Shown piece by piece: positions 9,386 to 19,087 of a stretch of 64,000 bases of DNA. Position 1 is the first letter of the stretch; the number at the start of each line of letters is the position of its first letter. Under the pieces are notes generated by a model that worked only from the letters and a program-made list of their open reading frames with translations, ran no database searches and was not told where the DNA came from. The translations under genes and the position numbers were made by a program. The stretch is from an uncultured Verrucomicrobiae bacterium (lineage in GTDB: Bacteria; Verrucomicrobiota; Verrucomicrobiia; Limisphaerales; Palsa-1400). The DNA lies in contig CAVXRD010000002.1 in assembly GCA_963764165.1 (NCBI GenBank), forward strand, positions 640,001 through 704,000. The letters are read 5' to 3'.

Positions 9386-10453
9386 TTACTGGATTACAAC
9401 AACTTTCATGGATTCCAAGCTCGGCTTTGACGCCAGTTCAACTGCCTTCGCCGTGGCAGATAGCGGGAACTTATTCGTGATCAAGGCACGGACATCGAGT
9501 TTCCGGCTGAATACGAGGCTGGCGACCTCCTTTTGCAGGGTGTAATCGGCGGAATAACTTCCAATTAAGTCCTTCTCGTGCAGGCAGATGTTGCCGTAAT
9601 CCACCGCTTCAACCGGATGTGTTTTCCGGCTGGTGGTATGGGCAAAAAGCAATATCTGCCCGCTCCCGCGCACTAGACTCATCGCTTGGACAACGGCAGC
9701 GTCCGACGGCACCGCCACAATGGCCGCATCCAACACCGGCGCGCTTCTCCGCGCTTGATCTAAAAAACCGGGATGGGTGGGATTAAGGGCAAACTTGGCC
9801 CCCCACTTGGTTGCCAGCCGCAGGCGGGGTTCAAGGAGGTCAGTCGCCACGACTCGGATCCCTCGCAAGCTCAGTATCCGGGTAAACATCAGGCCGATCG
9901 GGCCCTGCCCCACGACCATGACGTGATCGCCGCGAAGCAATGGGAGGCGTTTCACAGCCTTCAAAACCGTGTTCACCGGTTCGAGCATCGCGCCTTCTAG
10001 AAATGTATTGCGCGGCGGTATTTTGACCACGCCGGGGAGGACGAAAGGCATCACCCGGACGTATTCGGCGTATCCGCCGCCTGCGGGCTCGAAACCGGCG
10101 GTGATGCCTGTTTTCTTGTATCCGGCGCATTGGGCGAAGGCTTTGTGCCGGCAATAATGGCATTTCAAACATGGGATGTGATGGTGCAGCGCCACCCTGT
10201 CCCCGAGTTTGAAACCGCGAACACCTCGCCCCATTCTTACGATCGTGCCTGCGGTTTCATGTCCGAAGATGCGGGGCGGCGGAACCGTGCCGTAATGAAT
10301 CTTCTTAATATCCGTCGGACAAACGCCGCAAGCCGCCACTTTGACCAGCAACTCGCCCGGCTCGATTTGGGGCACCGGCACCTCTTCCACGCGAAGGTCA
10401 TCCACACCGCGGTAAACGACGGCCTGCATGGAGTTGGGAATCGTGGCTGCCAT
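9386..10453 (-). CDS. Zinc-dependent alcohol/polyol dehydrogenase (MDR family)
   Basis: CGVCPTD, GHETAG, structural Zn motif CLKCHYC-x7-C, GQGPIG; start ATG 10453. Confidence 0.9.
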   Translation of the reverse strand: MAATIPNSMQAVVYRGVDDLRVEEVPVPQIEPGELLVKVAACGVCPTDIKKIHYGTVPPPRIFGHETAGTIVRMGRGVRGFKLGDRVALHHHIPCLKCHYCRHKAFAQCAGYKKTGITAGFEPAGGGYAEYVRVMPFVLPGVVKIPPRNTFLEGAMLEPVNTVLKAVKRLPLLRGDHVMVVGQGPIGLMFTRILSLRGIRVVATDLLEPRLRLATKWGAKFALNPTHPGFLDQARRSAPVLDAAIVAVPSDAAVVQAMSLVRGSGQILLFAHTTSRKTHPVEAVDYGNICLHEKDLIGSYSADYTLQKEVASLVFSRKLDVRALITNKFPLSATAKAVELASKPSLESMKVVVIQ

Positions 10454-10540
10454 ATTATATGTTATTTGGGTAACGCGCTTCAGAGCTGGCATGGTGGAAC
10501 GGCCAGCGGGAAAAACGCAAGATGGAATGAACCTGATGGG

Positions 10541-10846
10541 TGAATCTGGAACGACCGAACTTAGGAAAAGAGGGTCCTGGCCATTCTCAGTCGATTGAGA
10601 ATCCCGGTGCGGTCGTTGCCCCAGACTCGGGTAGAAAACCCAACAGGACAGCCAGAGTCGAGCGCATTGAATTGGATGATATATAATCTCGGAAAAGCCG
10701 CTACATCCGCTACATCGTTGAATATCAACCAGATATGCCGCTACATTGGGCGCTACAAGACCGCTACACATGCGCTACATTTCCTTTCGAGATGCGCACG
10801 AAGCCCATTGCAGCCTCTTTTCCCGAGTTCGGTCGTTCCAGATTCA
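10541..10846. mobile_element. MITE-like element: 33-bp terminal inverted repeats enclosing six CGCTACA heptamers
   Basis: 10541-10573 matches the reverse complement of 10814-10846 with 2 mismatches; no credible internal ORF. Confidence 0.6.
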
Positions 10847-10920
10847 AATCCTCCCTTCTTCCCGATTGAAACTTTCAAATACGGCTGGTGTTTGGACGAT
10901 TCATGGATATATTAACAGCG

Positions 10921-11811
10921 ATGAAATCGAAGCGCACCCAAGTCCGGCTGACGAGCATGGCTTGTTTGGCCACATTAGGCTGCTTAGTGGTTCATGGAGC
11001 ATGGGCTAATGAGGAGAATCCATACTCGGTCATCGTGGATCGAAACATTTTTCATCTCAACCCGGAGCCCGTCGTCAGTACGACCCCGGAGGTAAAGCCA
11101 CCCGATTTGCCAAAGGTAATGCTGGACGGGTTCATGGGCAAAGGGAATCTCGTGAAGGTTCTTTTTGCGATTCCGGGCAAAGACGCAAAAGCGACGCCGA
11201 CCTACCTCACTCTCGCTCTAGGGGAGAAAGGTGGCGACAGCGAAGGCCACAGTGTGGAACTTCGGAAGATTAATCCCGACCAGAGCGAAGTCGAAATCAT
11301 CAATTCAGGGACGCTGCAGACACTCAACGTGAAGAGCAATGGATACGTTGCTTCGGCCGCGCCGGCCGGTCCTCCTGGCCATGGTGGCCCGGGTGGCCCT
11401 CCGGGACCCGGCGGACTTCCTGGCCTGCATCGCGGCCCGCCCGGATTTTCGCTGCCCGCACCAACCGCGCCGCACGCAGGCAATACGATTCAGCCGAGAT
11501 CCGAGAATTCTGCCGTCATAGCGGGCAACCCCACCGGCTCTGGAAGCGGCGTCATCAGCGCAGGCGGCGGAGGCTACGGCAATCCCGGCCAGGCCAATGC
11601 GGTGGGGAACCAAATTGCGAACGCTTTGAACGGCAATGGCCAGAATCGCATCCCCACTGCCAGCAATCCCAATGCGGTTCCGGTGCCGGTGGAAGTGCAA
11701 GCCGCCAGCATGCTGATCAACGAAGCCGCTGGCGGGCCACCCTCGCCTGTTAACGCGGATGGCAGCAGCAGAGGGGAAGCTCCTTCGGGGCCGCCTCAAG
11801 TGCCACATTAA
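10921..11811 (+). CDS. Exported hypothetical protein with Pro/Gly-rich C-terminal half
   Basis: Signal-like N-terminus, NPYSVIVDRNIF motif, long low-complexity tail; start 10921 or 10957. Confidence 0.72.
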   Translation: MKSKRTQVRLTSMACLATLGCLVVHGAWANEENPYSVIVDRNIFHLNPEPVVSTTPEVKPPDLPKVMLDGFMGKGNLVKVLFAIPGKDAKATPTYLTLALGEKGGDSEGHSVELRKINPDQSEVEIINSGTLQTLNVKSNGYVASAAPAGPPGHGGPGGPPGPGGLPGLHRGPPGFSLPAPTAPHAGNTIQPRSENSAVIAGNPTGSGSGVISAGGGGYGNPGQANAVGNQIANALNGNGQNRIPTASNPNAVPVPVEVQAASMLINEAAGGPPSPVNADGSSRGEAPSGPPQVPH

Positions 11812-11820
11812 GCGCCGGCG

Positions 11821-13443
11821 TTACTTGGTAATGGCGGAATCGATGAATTTCGCCAAATCGTTCTTCAGCGCCACGCGCGCCGGGGTTAACAGATACATCA
11901 TGTGCCCCGCTTCGTAGTATCCCATCGAGACATTTCCGCGCAGATCGGGCGGCAATCCCATGTGGTCGAACGTGTAGCGCGTGGCCAGATACGGAGTCGC
12001 CAGATCGTAATGGCCATTCGCCACGAACACCTTCAAATAAGGATTATGCGTCATCGCCTCGCGCAAATTCTCGGCCACATCCAAATACCGGTTCCGCGCT
12101 GAGTTGTAATCCCACGGCTGCACTTTGCCGGTGAGGACTTCGTAGGGAAGATCGCTCTCAAACTTCAAGTCGCGGCGGACGTAGTCATTGAACGTCGCGG
12201 AAAACGGCCCGAGCGCGACGGTGTAGCTGGGATCGTATTCCGGCGTCTCGCCGATGGAATTGTAATCCTCGCCCTTCATGCGGCTGTCGTAACGGCCCAC
12301 TGTGAACCGCTCCTTGCGCAGCAATTCCTTGAAGAACTGGAACACGCGGACGCGCAAGTTGGCGCGGTCAACGTAATCTTCCGACAGCCCCGTCAAGCGC
12401 GCCATTTCCTTCACGACCGCCGCGCGGTCCGCCGCGGACAATTTGTCCCCTTGCATCAACGCTTGCGAATATTGGCCGGTGGCAAATTTTTCGGCTTCGC
12501 CCAGGGCTTTCGCCTGGTCGGCTTGCAAATCCGGGGCCAGCTTTTTGTGATACCAAGCCGTCGCTGTCTCGGTCGGGAGGAAAAGGACGTAAGGCAAATC
12601 GTTGCCGGGGTTGAAACTGATGGTGGAAAAATCCAGCACCGCCGAGACCAGGGCGATGCCGTTCATATACATTCCATAGCGATCTTCCAGATAACCCGCC
12701 AAAGCCGAGGCGCGGGTGGTTCCGTAACTTTCGCCGATCAAGAACTTAGGCGAGAGCCAGCGGTTGTAGCGTGTCGTGTAAAGACGAATAAAGTCCCCGA
12801 CCGAGCGCAAATCCTGGTCGACGCCATGATATTTGCCCGGATCTTCGCCGGGCACCGTGCGCGTGAAACCCGTGCTGACCGGATCAATAAAAACCAGATC
12901 GGTTTTGTCCAGCAGCGACTCGTCATTGTTAACTGAGCGGAAAGGCGGCGGCGGCAAGCTGCCGTCGTCCTTGAGCAGAACCCGGCGCGGCCCCAGCAGC
13001 CCCATGTGCATCCAGATGGACGCGGAACCCGGACCGCCATTGAATGAAAATGTAAGCGGGCGATCGGGGGCATTCGTTTTGTCGAGGCTTGTGTAGGCAA
13101 CGAAGAAAAAGGAAACCAGCGGCTTCCCCTCCTCGTCCTTCATCATGATCGTGCCAGCGGTGGCTTTATATTTGACATCGACGCCATTGATGGTGACGGA
13201 GTTGGTTGTCTCGGAAAGATCGTCTTTGTCTTTCTCCTTGGGCTTCTTCTCTTTTTCTTTCTCCTTATCCTTGTCTTTCTCCTTATCTTTGTCGGACGGG
13301 GTCGCGTCTTTCGAAGCATCGCTGTGCAGGCTCCCGGGAACGATGTTCGTCGCGTGCGGAGCGTTGGCGCCGGCCGGCGGTTCATCCGCGCGCAGCGTGG
13401 GGGCGGCCATCAAAAGTCCAGCAAGGATACAAGCGTATTTCAT
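11821..13443 (-). CDS. Serine carboxypeptidase, S10 family
   Basis: FNGGPGSAS, IDPVSTG, GESYG (Ser), YDLATP (Asp), GHMMY (His); signal peptide and K/E/D-rich linker. Confidence 0.93.
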   Translation of the reverse strand: MKYACILAGLLMAAPTLRADEPPAGANAPHATNIVPGSLHSDASKDATPSDKDKEKDKDKEKEKEKKPKEKDKDDLSETTNSVTINGVDVKYKATAGTIMMKDEEGKPLVSFFFVAYTSLDKTNAPDRPLTFSFNGGPGSASIWMHMGLLGPRRVLLKDDGSLPPPPFRSVNNDESLLDKTDLVFIDPVSTGFTRTVPGEDPGKYHGVDQDLRSVGDFIRLYTTRYNRWLSPKFLIGESYGTTRASALAGYLEDRYGMYMNGIALVSAVLDFSTISFNPGNDLPYVLFLPTETATAWYHKKLAPDLQADQAKALGEAEKFATGQYSQALMQGDKLSAADRAAVVKEMARLTGLSEDYVDRANLRVRVFQFFKELLRKERFTVGRYDSRMKGEDYNSIGETPEYDPSYTVALGPFSATFNDYVRRDLKFESDLPYEVLTGKVQPWDYNSARNRYLDVAENLREAMTHNPYLKVFVANGHYDLATPYLATRYTFDHMGLPPDLRGNVSMGYYEAGHMMYLLTPARVALKNDLAKFIDSAITK

Positions 13444-14220
13444 TTAGGTTTTTCTTTCTATTTCAAGAGCGCGGCTCAGCGCCACAACTTCGTCGTAACG
13501 AACCAATGACCCGCCGAAAATATCCAGCGCTGAGCCAATTGTCAGGTGAATTCTGCCATTCCCCGCCTCATCGACATCGCGCAAATCCTGCAGCGAATTC
13601 GCTCCGCCCGCGTAAGTTGCCGGGACGGGCGACCATTGGCCGAGCTGGCGCACCAATTCCAAATCAATGCCGCGGCACAAGCCTTCCACGTCGGCGGCAT
13701 GCACCAAAAATTCGTTGCACCATTCACTCAGGCGCGCCAGAACTTCTGGCGAAATTTTCATCTCGGTAAATTTCTGCCAGCGATCCGTCACGACGAAATA
13801 TTCGCCGTCCCTTTTGCGGCAGCTCAAATCAAGCACCAGGCGATTTCGCCCGACGATCCCGGCCAATTCTTTGAGCCGGTCCCAATCCAATTGTCCGTCC
13901 CGAAAAATCCAAGAGGTCACAATGAGATGGGACGCGCCGGCTTCGAGCCAGCTCGCGGCGTTGCTGGAATTCACGCCGCCGCCGACATGCATCCCGCCGG
14001 GAAAAGCCGCCAGCGTTTCGCGCGCGGCCGCATCATTGCCCGGCCCGAGCATGATGATGTGGCCGCCGAAAAGTTTGTCGCGCTTGTAAAGTTCGGCGAA
14101 CCAGCTGCCGGGGCGCTCGGAAACGAAGTTGGTGCGCAGGTCGGCCCGCTGGCCCGTGAGCGTGCCGCCCACAATTTGTTTGACCTTGCCCTCGTGGAGG
14201 TCGATGCAGGGGCGGAACAT
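13444..14220 (-). CDS. hisA: ProFAR isomerase, eukaryotic His6-type HisA
   Basis: FRPCIDLHEGKVKQIVGGTL, LVLDLSCRK, EFLVHAADVEG, LTIGSALDIFGG. Confidence 0.92.
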   Translation of the reverse strand: MFRPCIDLHEGKVKQIVGGTLTGQRADLRTNFVSERPGSWFAELYKRDKLFGGHIIMLGPGNDAAARETLAAFPGGMHVGGGVNSSNAASWLEAGASHLIVTSWIFRDGQLDWDRLKELAGIVGRNRLVLDLSCRKRDGEYFVVTDRWQKFTEMKISPEVLARLSEWCNEFLVHAADVEGLCRGIDLELVRQLGQWSPVPATYAGGANSLQDLRDVDEAGNGRIHLTIGSALDIFGGSLVRYDEVVALSRALEIERKT

Positions 14221-14222
14221 GA

Positions 14223-15038
14223 TTACCCTTGCCCCAGTTTGCGGGATTTTTCCGAAGCCGCGCGCACGGCGCTGATCAAGGTGCCGCGCAATTTGCCTTT
14301 TTCGATTTCGTGCAAACCTTCGATCGTAGTGCCGCCCGGACTGGTGACCATGTCTTTGAGCGCGCCGGGATGCATGCCCGTTTCCATGACCATCTTGGCG
14401 CCGCCCAGCAGCGTTTGCGCGGCCAGTTTGGTGGCCACGTCGCGCGGCAAACCCGCCGCCACCCCCCCGTCGCTCAGAGCCTCAATCATAACGTAAACAT
14501 AAGCCGGCCCGCTGCCGCTCAATCCGGTAACAGCGTCAAGCATAGATTCCTTCAACTCGAACGCGACGCCGACCGCCGAAAACAATTCCTGCGCCAGCGC
14601 CGCATCGGCGGAAGTGGCCGACCTGCCCAGCGCATAAGCCGTGGCGGATGCGCCAACGAGCGCCGGTGTGTTGGGCATGACGCGAATGATCCGCGCCCCC
14701 TCCCCGATTCCCGTTTCCAATTTGGAAATCGGCACGCCCGCCGCAATGGAAATGAGAAGATGGCGCGGCGTCATAGCCGGCCGAATTTCCTCCAGCAACG
14801 GCGCCACATTGCCCGGCTTCACGGCGAGGACGAGAACGTCGGCAAACTGGACGACTTCGATATTGGATGCGGTCGACTTCGCCCCCGTTTGTTCCGCAAA
14901 GGCTGCGCGAGCCGGCGCGATGGGATCGCTGGCGAGGATATTGGCCACTTTGGCCAAGCCGGCAGAAACGAAGCCCCTGGCCAGAGCGGCCGCCATTTTG
15001 CCGCCGCCGAGAAATCCCAGTTTCAACTTTTGCGCCAT
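14223..15038 (-). CDS. proC: Pyrroline-5-carboxylate reductase
   Basis: GFLGGGKMA, RVMPNTP, GLSGSGPAY, VTSPGGTTI. Confidence 0.96.
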   Translation of the reverse strand: MAQKLKLGFLGGGKMAAALARGFVSAGLAKVANILASDPIAPARAAFAEQTGAKSTASNIEVVQFADVLVLAVKPGNVAPLLEEIRPAMTPRHLLISIAAGVPISKLETGIGEGARIIRVMPNTPALVGASATAYALGRSATSADAALAQELFSAVGVAFELKESMLDAVTGLSGSGPAYVYVMIEALSDGGVAAGLPRDVATKLAAQTLLGGAKMVMETGMHPGALKDMVTSPGGTTIEGLHEIEKGKLRGTLISAVRAASEKSRKLGQG

Positions 15039-15165
15039 GCCGCTATGTAGCGTTTTCCTCCCCAAATAGCCAACATTAATTGGCTGACGTCCGGCTGTGG
15101 GCCTCCCAGGTCACAGGAGTTGCTCAGCTTGCATAACCAGCGTGGTTCCGTTATGGTTGCGGCTT

Positions 15166-15420
15166 ATGGCGAGCATTACGTTGAAAGACATCCCGATGGA
15201 ACTGCACGCGCAGTTGAAAAGCGAAGCGGCCGCGAATTTCCGCAGCCTCACCCAGGAGGCCATGTGCCGCCTGGAGCGAACCTTCCAGATCGACGCCGCT
15301 CTGACCACCAAGCGCGATCAACACTGGATTGATGAGGCCGTCGCCAGCGGTCCGTCCACGCCCTTGACCAGAAAGGAAATGGAGGCGATCCGAGATCGGG
15401 TGTTAAATGGCAAGAAGTGA
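15166..15420 (+). CDS. Antitoxin with Arc/FitA-like ribbon-helix-helix N-terminus
   Basis: MASITLKDIPMELHAQLKSEAAANFRSL; GTGA overlap with the downstream toxin. Confidence 0.75.
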   Translation: MASITLKDIPMELHAQLKSEAAANFRSLTQEAMCRLERTFQIDAALTTKRDQHWIDEAVASGPSTPLTRKEMEAIRDRVLNGKK

Positions 15421-15728
15421 GCGCCCGCAAGCGCCCGCGCTTCCTCGCAGACTCGGCCGAGGAGCTAATCTTGCTCAACGAGAAAGCGGCCGAGGAGGTT
15501 GCAGAGCGGTGGTATGAGGCCCTTCTCGCTACGATTGAGTTCATTGAGGAGAATCCATATATTGGACGGGAGCGAAAGGATCTGTCCCCGGCTGGCATTC
15601 GTTCCTGGCGGGTGGATGGCTTTTCGCGCTGGCTGGTTTTTTATGCCGTCACGCCGGGCAAGGATGTTGTTTTTTATCGGATTCGTTCCGGCACGCTGAA
15701 TCTGGTCGTGATGAAAATGGAATCCTGA
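15417..15728 (+). CDS. RelE/ParE family toxin
   Basis: 103 aa; NPYIGRER, GIRSWRVDGFSRWLVFY. Confidence 0.8.
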   Translation: MSARKRPRFLADSAEELILLNEKAAEEVAERWYEALLATIEFIEENPYIGRERKDLSPAGIRSWRVDGFSRWLVFYAVTPGKDVVFYRIRSGTLNLVVMKMES

Positions 15729-15913
15729 CCGATGGCACGTCAAGGCGGATATTTGCCTACTCAAAGGCGCAGCGCGGCGGGGCAACAACCAAAATTGAGT
15801 CTTAGCAGGATGAAAGGGTCTCACTTTCGACGTTGTTATTGACAATTCTTAGCGGCAGATTCTTAATCCCCCTGCTTTTGAACACTCAGCGCCTTGATGG
15901 CAGAAACGATCGT

Positions 15914-17695
15914 ATGAAGCTTTCGATTTTCAGCTTATGCTGGCTTGTCTTGGGCATCGAATTGGCACCAATGGCGAGCCGGAATGCAGAGGGAGCGGTT
16001 GCTTTCACCGTTGTGCCCGCTACGGTCGGCAACACCTACGCTGGCACGGTGACACTACAAGTGACCGGCCTCACCGCAGGCGCAAGCGTCCTAATCCAAA
16101 AATACTTCGATGCAAATGGCGACGGGGCGATCGATATCGGTGATCCGCTGGTTCAGCAGTTCAACTTAACCGACGGGCAAGCCACCGTGATCGGAGGCGT
16201 AACGAACATCCACGTTCCAAGCGATATGGACTCAGACGCAGGGCAAATCACCACAGCGCTAATTTTCGACAATGGCGATCTCTCGCAAAATATTATAGGA
16301 AGCTATGCGTATGTGCTTTCCAGTCCCGGCGGCGCATTTGCGGCGATCACAAATTTTTTATCTGTAACCAACTCGGACTATGGGCAAACGCTGCGCGGGA
16401 GCGTGGTTAGCAATGGCACCAATGTGCCTAATGCCGTGGTGACGGCTTATTTTGCGGAAACGGCAGGCGTCAGCACTTTGGCCGACAGTTCAGGCCACTA
16501 CACCATCGCGGTGGCCCCAGGCAGTTATGTTTTGATCGCGTCGAAGAGCAATTATGTCTCAGACGTCTCCACGGAGGCGCCAATCAGCGTGGGTGCCGGC
16601 GCGATGATCACCACCAATGTGGGACTCATCCCTGGCAGCGAGTCCATTGCGGGAAGAATCACTGATGCGGCCAACACGAATGCCGGGCTGCCCGGACTGC
16701 TTCTGTTCTTGGAATCCAGCAGCGGCCAATCAACCATCGCTCGCACCGATGCCAGCGGCAACTTTAGCGCCCAGGTCATTCCCGATTCTTGGACTATCAT
16801 CTTAAATACTCCGGAGCTTAATTTTTCCGGTTATCTTGGATTGCAACGGAACCCGCAAATTGATGCGTCCGCCGGCAGCGTGACCGGCGCATCCATCGCT
16901 CTCCCTAGAGCCACAGCCCTCTTCTATGGCACGGTCGAGGACGCAAACAACGATCCCCTGCCGGGCGTCGAATTGTACGGCTACAACGGCGACGGCCCTT
17001 ACCAGGGAGAAGGCACCACCGACCAGAACGGATATTACGTCGTCGCTGTCAATCAAGGAGTCTGGCACGCGCATGTCGACTTTGTCAGTCCCGGTTATGA
17101 AGATTATATCTTTTCGGCTGGACTGGCTGACACAAACGTCGTCGATGGCGAGGCAATCAGCCAGAATCTTTTGGGTTTGCTAGCTACGAATCAAATCACC
17201 GGATACATCTTGGATGGCAACAGCGTAGCCGTTGGGGGAGTCGGCGTCGCCGGCTCCGCGGAGATTGATGGCTATGGCTTTGCGGCGCCCAGTGTTCTTA
17301 CCGACGCTGACGGATATTACTCCCTCATGGTTGCAAATGGAAGCTGGGATGTCTCTGTTGACTGTTCCATAGGCGCTGGCAGCTTGAATGCATTAGGTTA
17401 TGCCTGCGTTGACGACGATTACGTGGATATTGGGAGCGACAATGGCGTGGCGGATTTTGCGCCCATCCCCTTCCCGAGCCTGACTGCTTTATCCTGGAGT
17501 TTGGGCCGCTTTCAGTTGCGTCTGGCCAATGCCGTTGCCGGGCAAGACTACACCATACAGATGTCAACCAATTTGAACTCAGGCGACTGGATTTCGTTGT
17601 TCACCACAAACAATCTGACAACCAACTCATACACCATTGTTGACTCGTCAGCGACCAATCTTCAACGCTTTTACCGTGCCCTGATCCTTCGATGA
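15914..17695 (+). CDS. Secreted protein with repeated carboxypeptidase-regulatory-like beta-sandwich domains and an RFYR C-terminal domain
   Basis: Signal peptide; four repeats with T(L)ADSSGHY / TDASGNF / TDQNGYY / TDADGYY; tail YTIQMSTNL..W...QRFYRAL. Confidence 0.8.
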   Translation: MKLSIFSLCWLVLGIELAPMASRNAEGAVAFTVVPATVGNTYAGTVTLQVTGLTAGASVLIQKYFDANGDGAIDIGDPLVQQFNLTDGQATVIGGVTNIHVPSDMDSDAGQITTALIFDNGDLSQNIIGSYAYVLSSPGGAFAAITNFLSVTNSDYGQTLRGSVVSNGTNVPNAVVTAYFAETAGVSTLADSSGHYTIAVAPGSYVLIASKSNYVSDVSTEAPISVGAGAMITTNVGLIPGSESIAGRITDAANTNAGLPGLLLFLESSSGQSTIARTDASGNFSAQVIPDSWTIILNTPELNFSGYLGLQRNPQIDASAGSVTGASIALPRATALFYGTVEDANNDPLPGVELYGYNGDGPYQGEGTTDQNGYYVVAVNQGVWHAHVDFVSPGYEDYIFSAGLADTNVVDGEAISQNLLGLLATNQITGYILDGNSVAVGGVGVAGSAEIDGYGFAAPSVLTDADGYYSLMVANGSWDVSVDCSIGAGSLNALGYACVDDDYVDIGSDNGVADFAPIPFPSLTALSWSLGRFQLRLANAVAGQDYTIQMSTNLNSGDWISLFTTNNLTTNSYTIVDSSATNLQRFYRALILR

Positions 17696-17807
17696 AATCA
17701 TAGCAGGAGCCATGCGCAAAATCCGGTCAAGGGATCACGGCTTTTCTGTCCCTGAACGGCCCCTTCCCTTGAGGACGTAAAACCGATTACAAACACCACT
17801 CATGTTT

Positions 17808-17844
17808 TATAATCTGAAATCAGTATGATATCACATAAATATCA
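17808..17844 (+). promoter_or_regulatory. Putative -10 box and phased operator upstream of the SPFH gene
   Basis: TATAAT 17808-17813; TGAAATCA 17815, TGATATCA 17826, AAATATCA 17837 (11-bp period). Confidence 0.55.
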
Positions 17845-17862
17845 AACAATAGAAAGGTATTT

Positions 17863-18768
17863 ATGAACACGACAAAGTCTGTTTCAACGCCCGAAAGGGC
17901 CATGGGCCTTCCCAGCGGTTGGCTGGTGCTGCCGGTGCATTTGGTGTATCTCGGCGCGGTGCTCTGGTTTTCCATCCATTATATTATTCAGCACGGCGGG
18001 CATCCGTGGTGGGTGGCTCTGGCCGGATATGGATTGGCGTATGCGGCGGGTTTAGCGGCGCTGGGAGGATATTTCACCCTGCAACCGAATGAAGCGCGCG
18101 TCCTGTTGCTGTTCGGAAAGTACAAGGGCACCGCGCGCGAAAGCGGTTTCCATTGGGCCAATCCGTTCTACACCAAGGCGAAGAAAATGTCCTTGCGCGC
18201 CCGCACCTTGAACGTCGACAAGCTCAAGGTCAACGACAAGAAAGGCAATCCGATCGAGATCGCCGCCGTCGTCGTGTGGCGCGTGGCGGACACAGCCGAG
18301 GCGACATTCGATGTGGATCATTATGAGCAATACGTCCACACACAGAGCGAAACCTCCTTGCGGCATCTGGCCAGCGCTTACAACTACGACAATGGCGAGG
18401 AGAATGAACCGACTTTGCGCAGCAACGTGGATGACGTATCCAAATCGTTGCGCGAAGAATTGGGCCAGCGCCTGGCCAAGGCCGGCGTGACGGTGGACGA
18501 AGCGCGCCTGACCAATCTCTCCTACGCGCCGGAAATCGCGCAGGCCATGCTGCGCCGGCAGCAGGCCGAGGCGGTTATCGCGGCCCGGCAAAAGATTGTG
18601 CAAGGCGCGGTTTCCATGGTGGACATGGCGCTGAAGAGCCTCGCCGAAAAGCAAGTTGTCGAGCTGGACGACGAGCGCAAAGCGGCGATGGTCAGCAACC
18701 TGATGGTGGTGTTATGCGGCGAATCGGAAGCGCACCCGGTCATCAACACGGGAACTCTTTATCATTGA
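17863..18768 (+). CDS. SPFH/band 7 domain membrane protein
   Basis: Two TM helices; LKVNDKKGNPIEIAAVVVWRV, LSYAPEIAQAMLRRQQA; AGAAAGG RBS. Confidence 0.92.
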   Translation: MNTTKSVSTPERAMGLPSGWLVLPVHLVYLGAVLWFSIHYIIQHGGHPWWVALAGYGLAYAAGLAALGGYFTLQPNEARVLLLFGKYKGTARESGFHWANPFYTKAKKMSLRARTLNVDKLKVNDKKGNPIEIAAVVVWRVADTAEATFDVDHYEQYVHTQSETSLRHLASAYNYDNGEENEPTLRSNVDDVSKSLREELGQRLAKAGVTVDEARLTNLSYAPEIAQAMLRRQQAEAVIAARQKIVQGAVSMVDMALKSLAEKQVVELDDERKAAMVSNLMVVLCGESEAHPVINTGTLYH

Positions 18769-18780
18769 CGCATAGACGTT

Positions 18781-18972
18781 ATGGCGGAACGGAAACCGTT
18801 CTTATTGCGAATCGATCCTGCGCTCTGGATTGAATTGGAATCCTGGGCGCAGGACGAACTCCGCAGCGTCAACGGGCAGATAGAGTATTTGCTGCGGCAG
18901 GCCGTGCTCAAACGAAAGAGCACGGCCGCCAAACGACCCGAATCTCCGCAGCCGGAAAACCCGGATTCATAA
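18781..18972 (+). CDS. Small Arc-like ribbon-helix-helix protein
   Basis: [13 protein letters not shown]...[17 protein letters not shown], the usual partner of this SPFH subfamily. Confidence 0.82.
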   Translation: MAERKPFLLRIDPALWIELESWAQDELRSVNGQIEYLLRQAVLKRKSTAAKRPESPQPENPDS

Positions 18973-19087
18973 GCTGATTCAGCCACTGGGCAATCTCGGC
19001 ATGGGAAGACGTGGCTCATATCTGGTGAGGCCCGCAAGGCCGCAGCAGGGTTTCACCCGATATAACGCAGGCGGTCTATACATCAAA

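Noticed and set aside
10454..10771. 106-aa N-terminal extension of the Zn dehydrogenase in the ORF track
   Set aside because: It runs through the inverted-repeat element; family similarity begins at MAATIP (10453)
10699..10780. CRISPR array from the CGCTACA repeats
   Set aside because: Units are 7-9 nt with irregular short spacing and there are no cas genes
13226..13295. Purine/pyrimidine-biased tract as a DNA repeat element
   Set aside because: It encodes the K/E/D-rich linker of the S10 peptidase
13444..14220. Recent eukaryote-to-bacterium transfer of His6-type hisA
   Set aside because: This HisA subtype is already known in several bacterial lineages and its composition matches neighbouring genes
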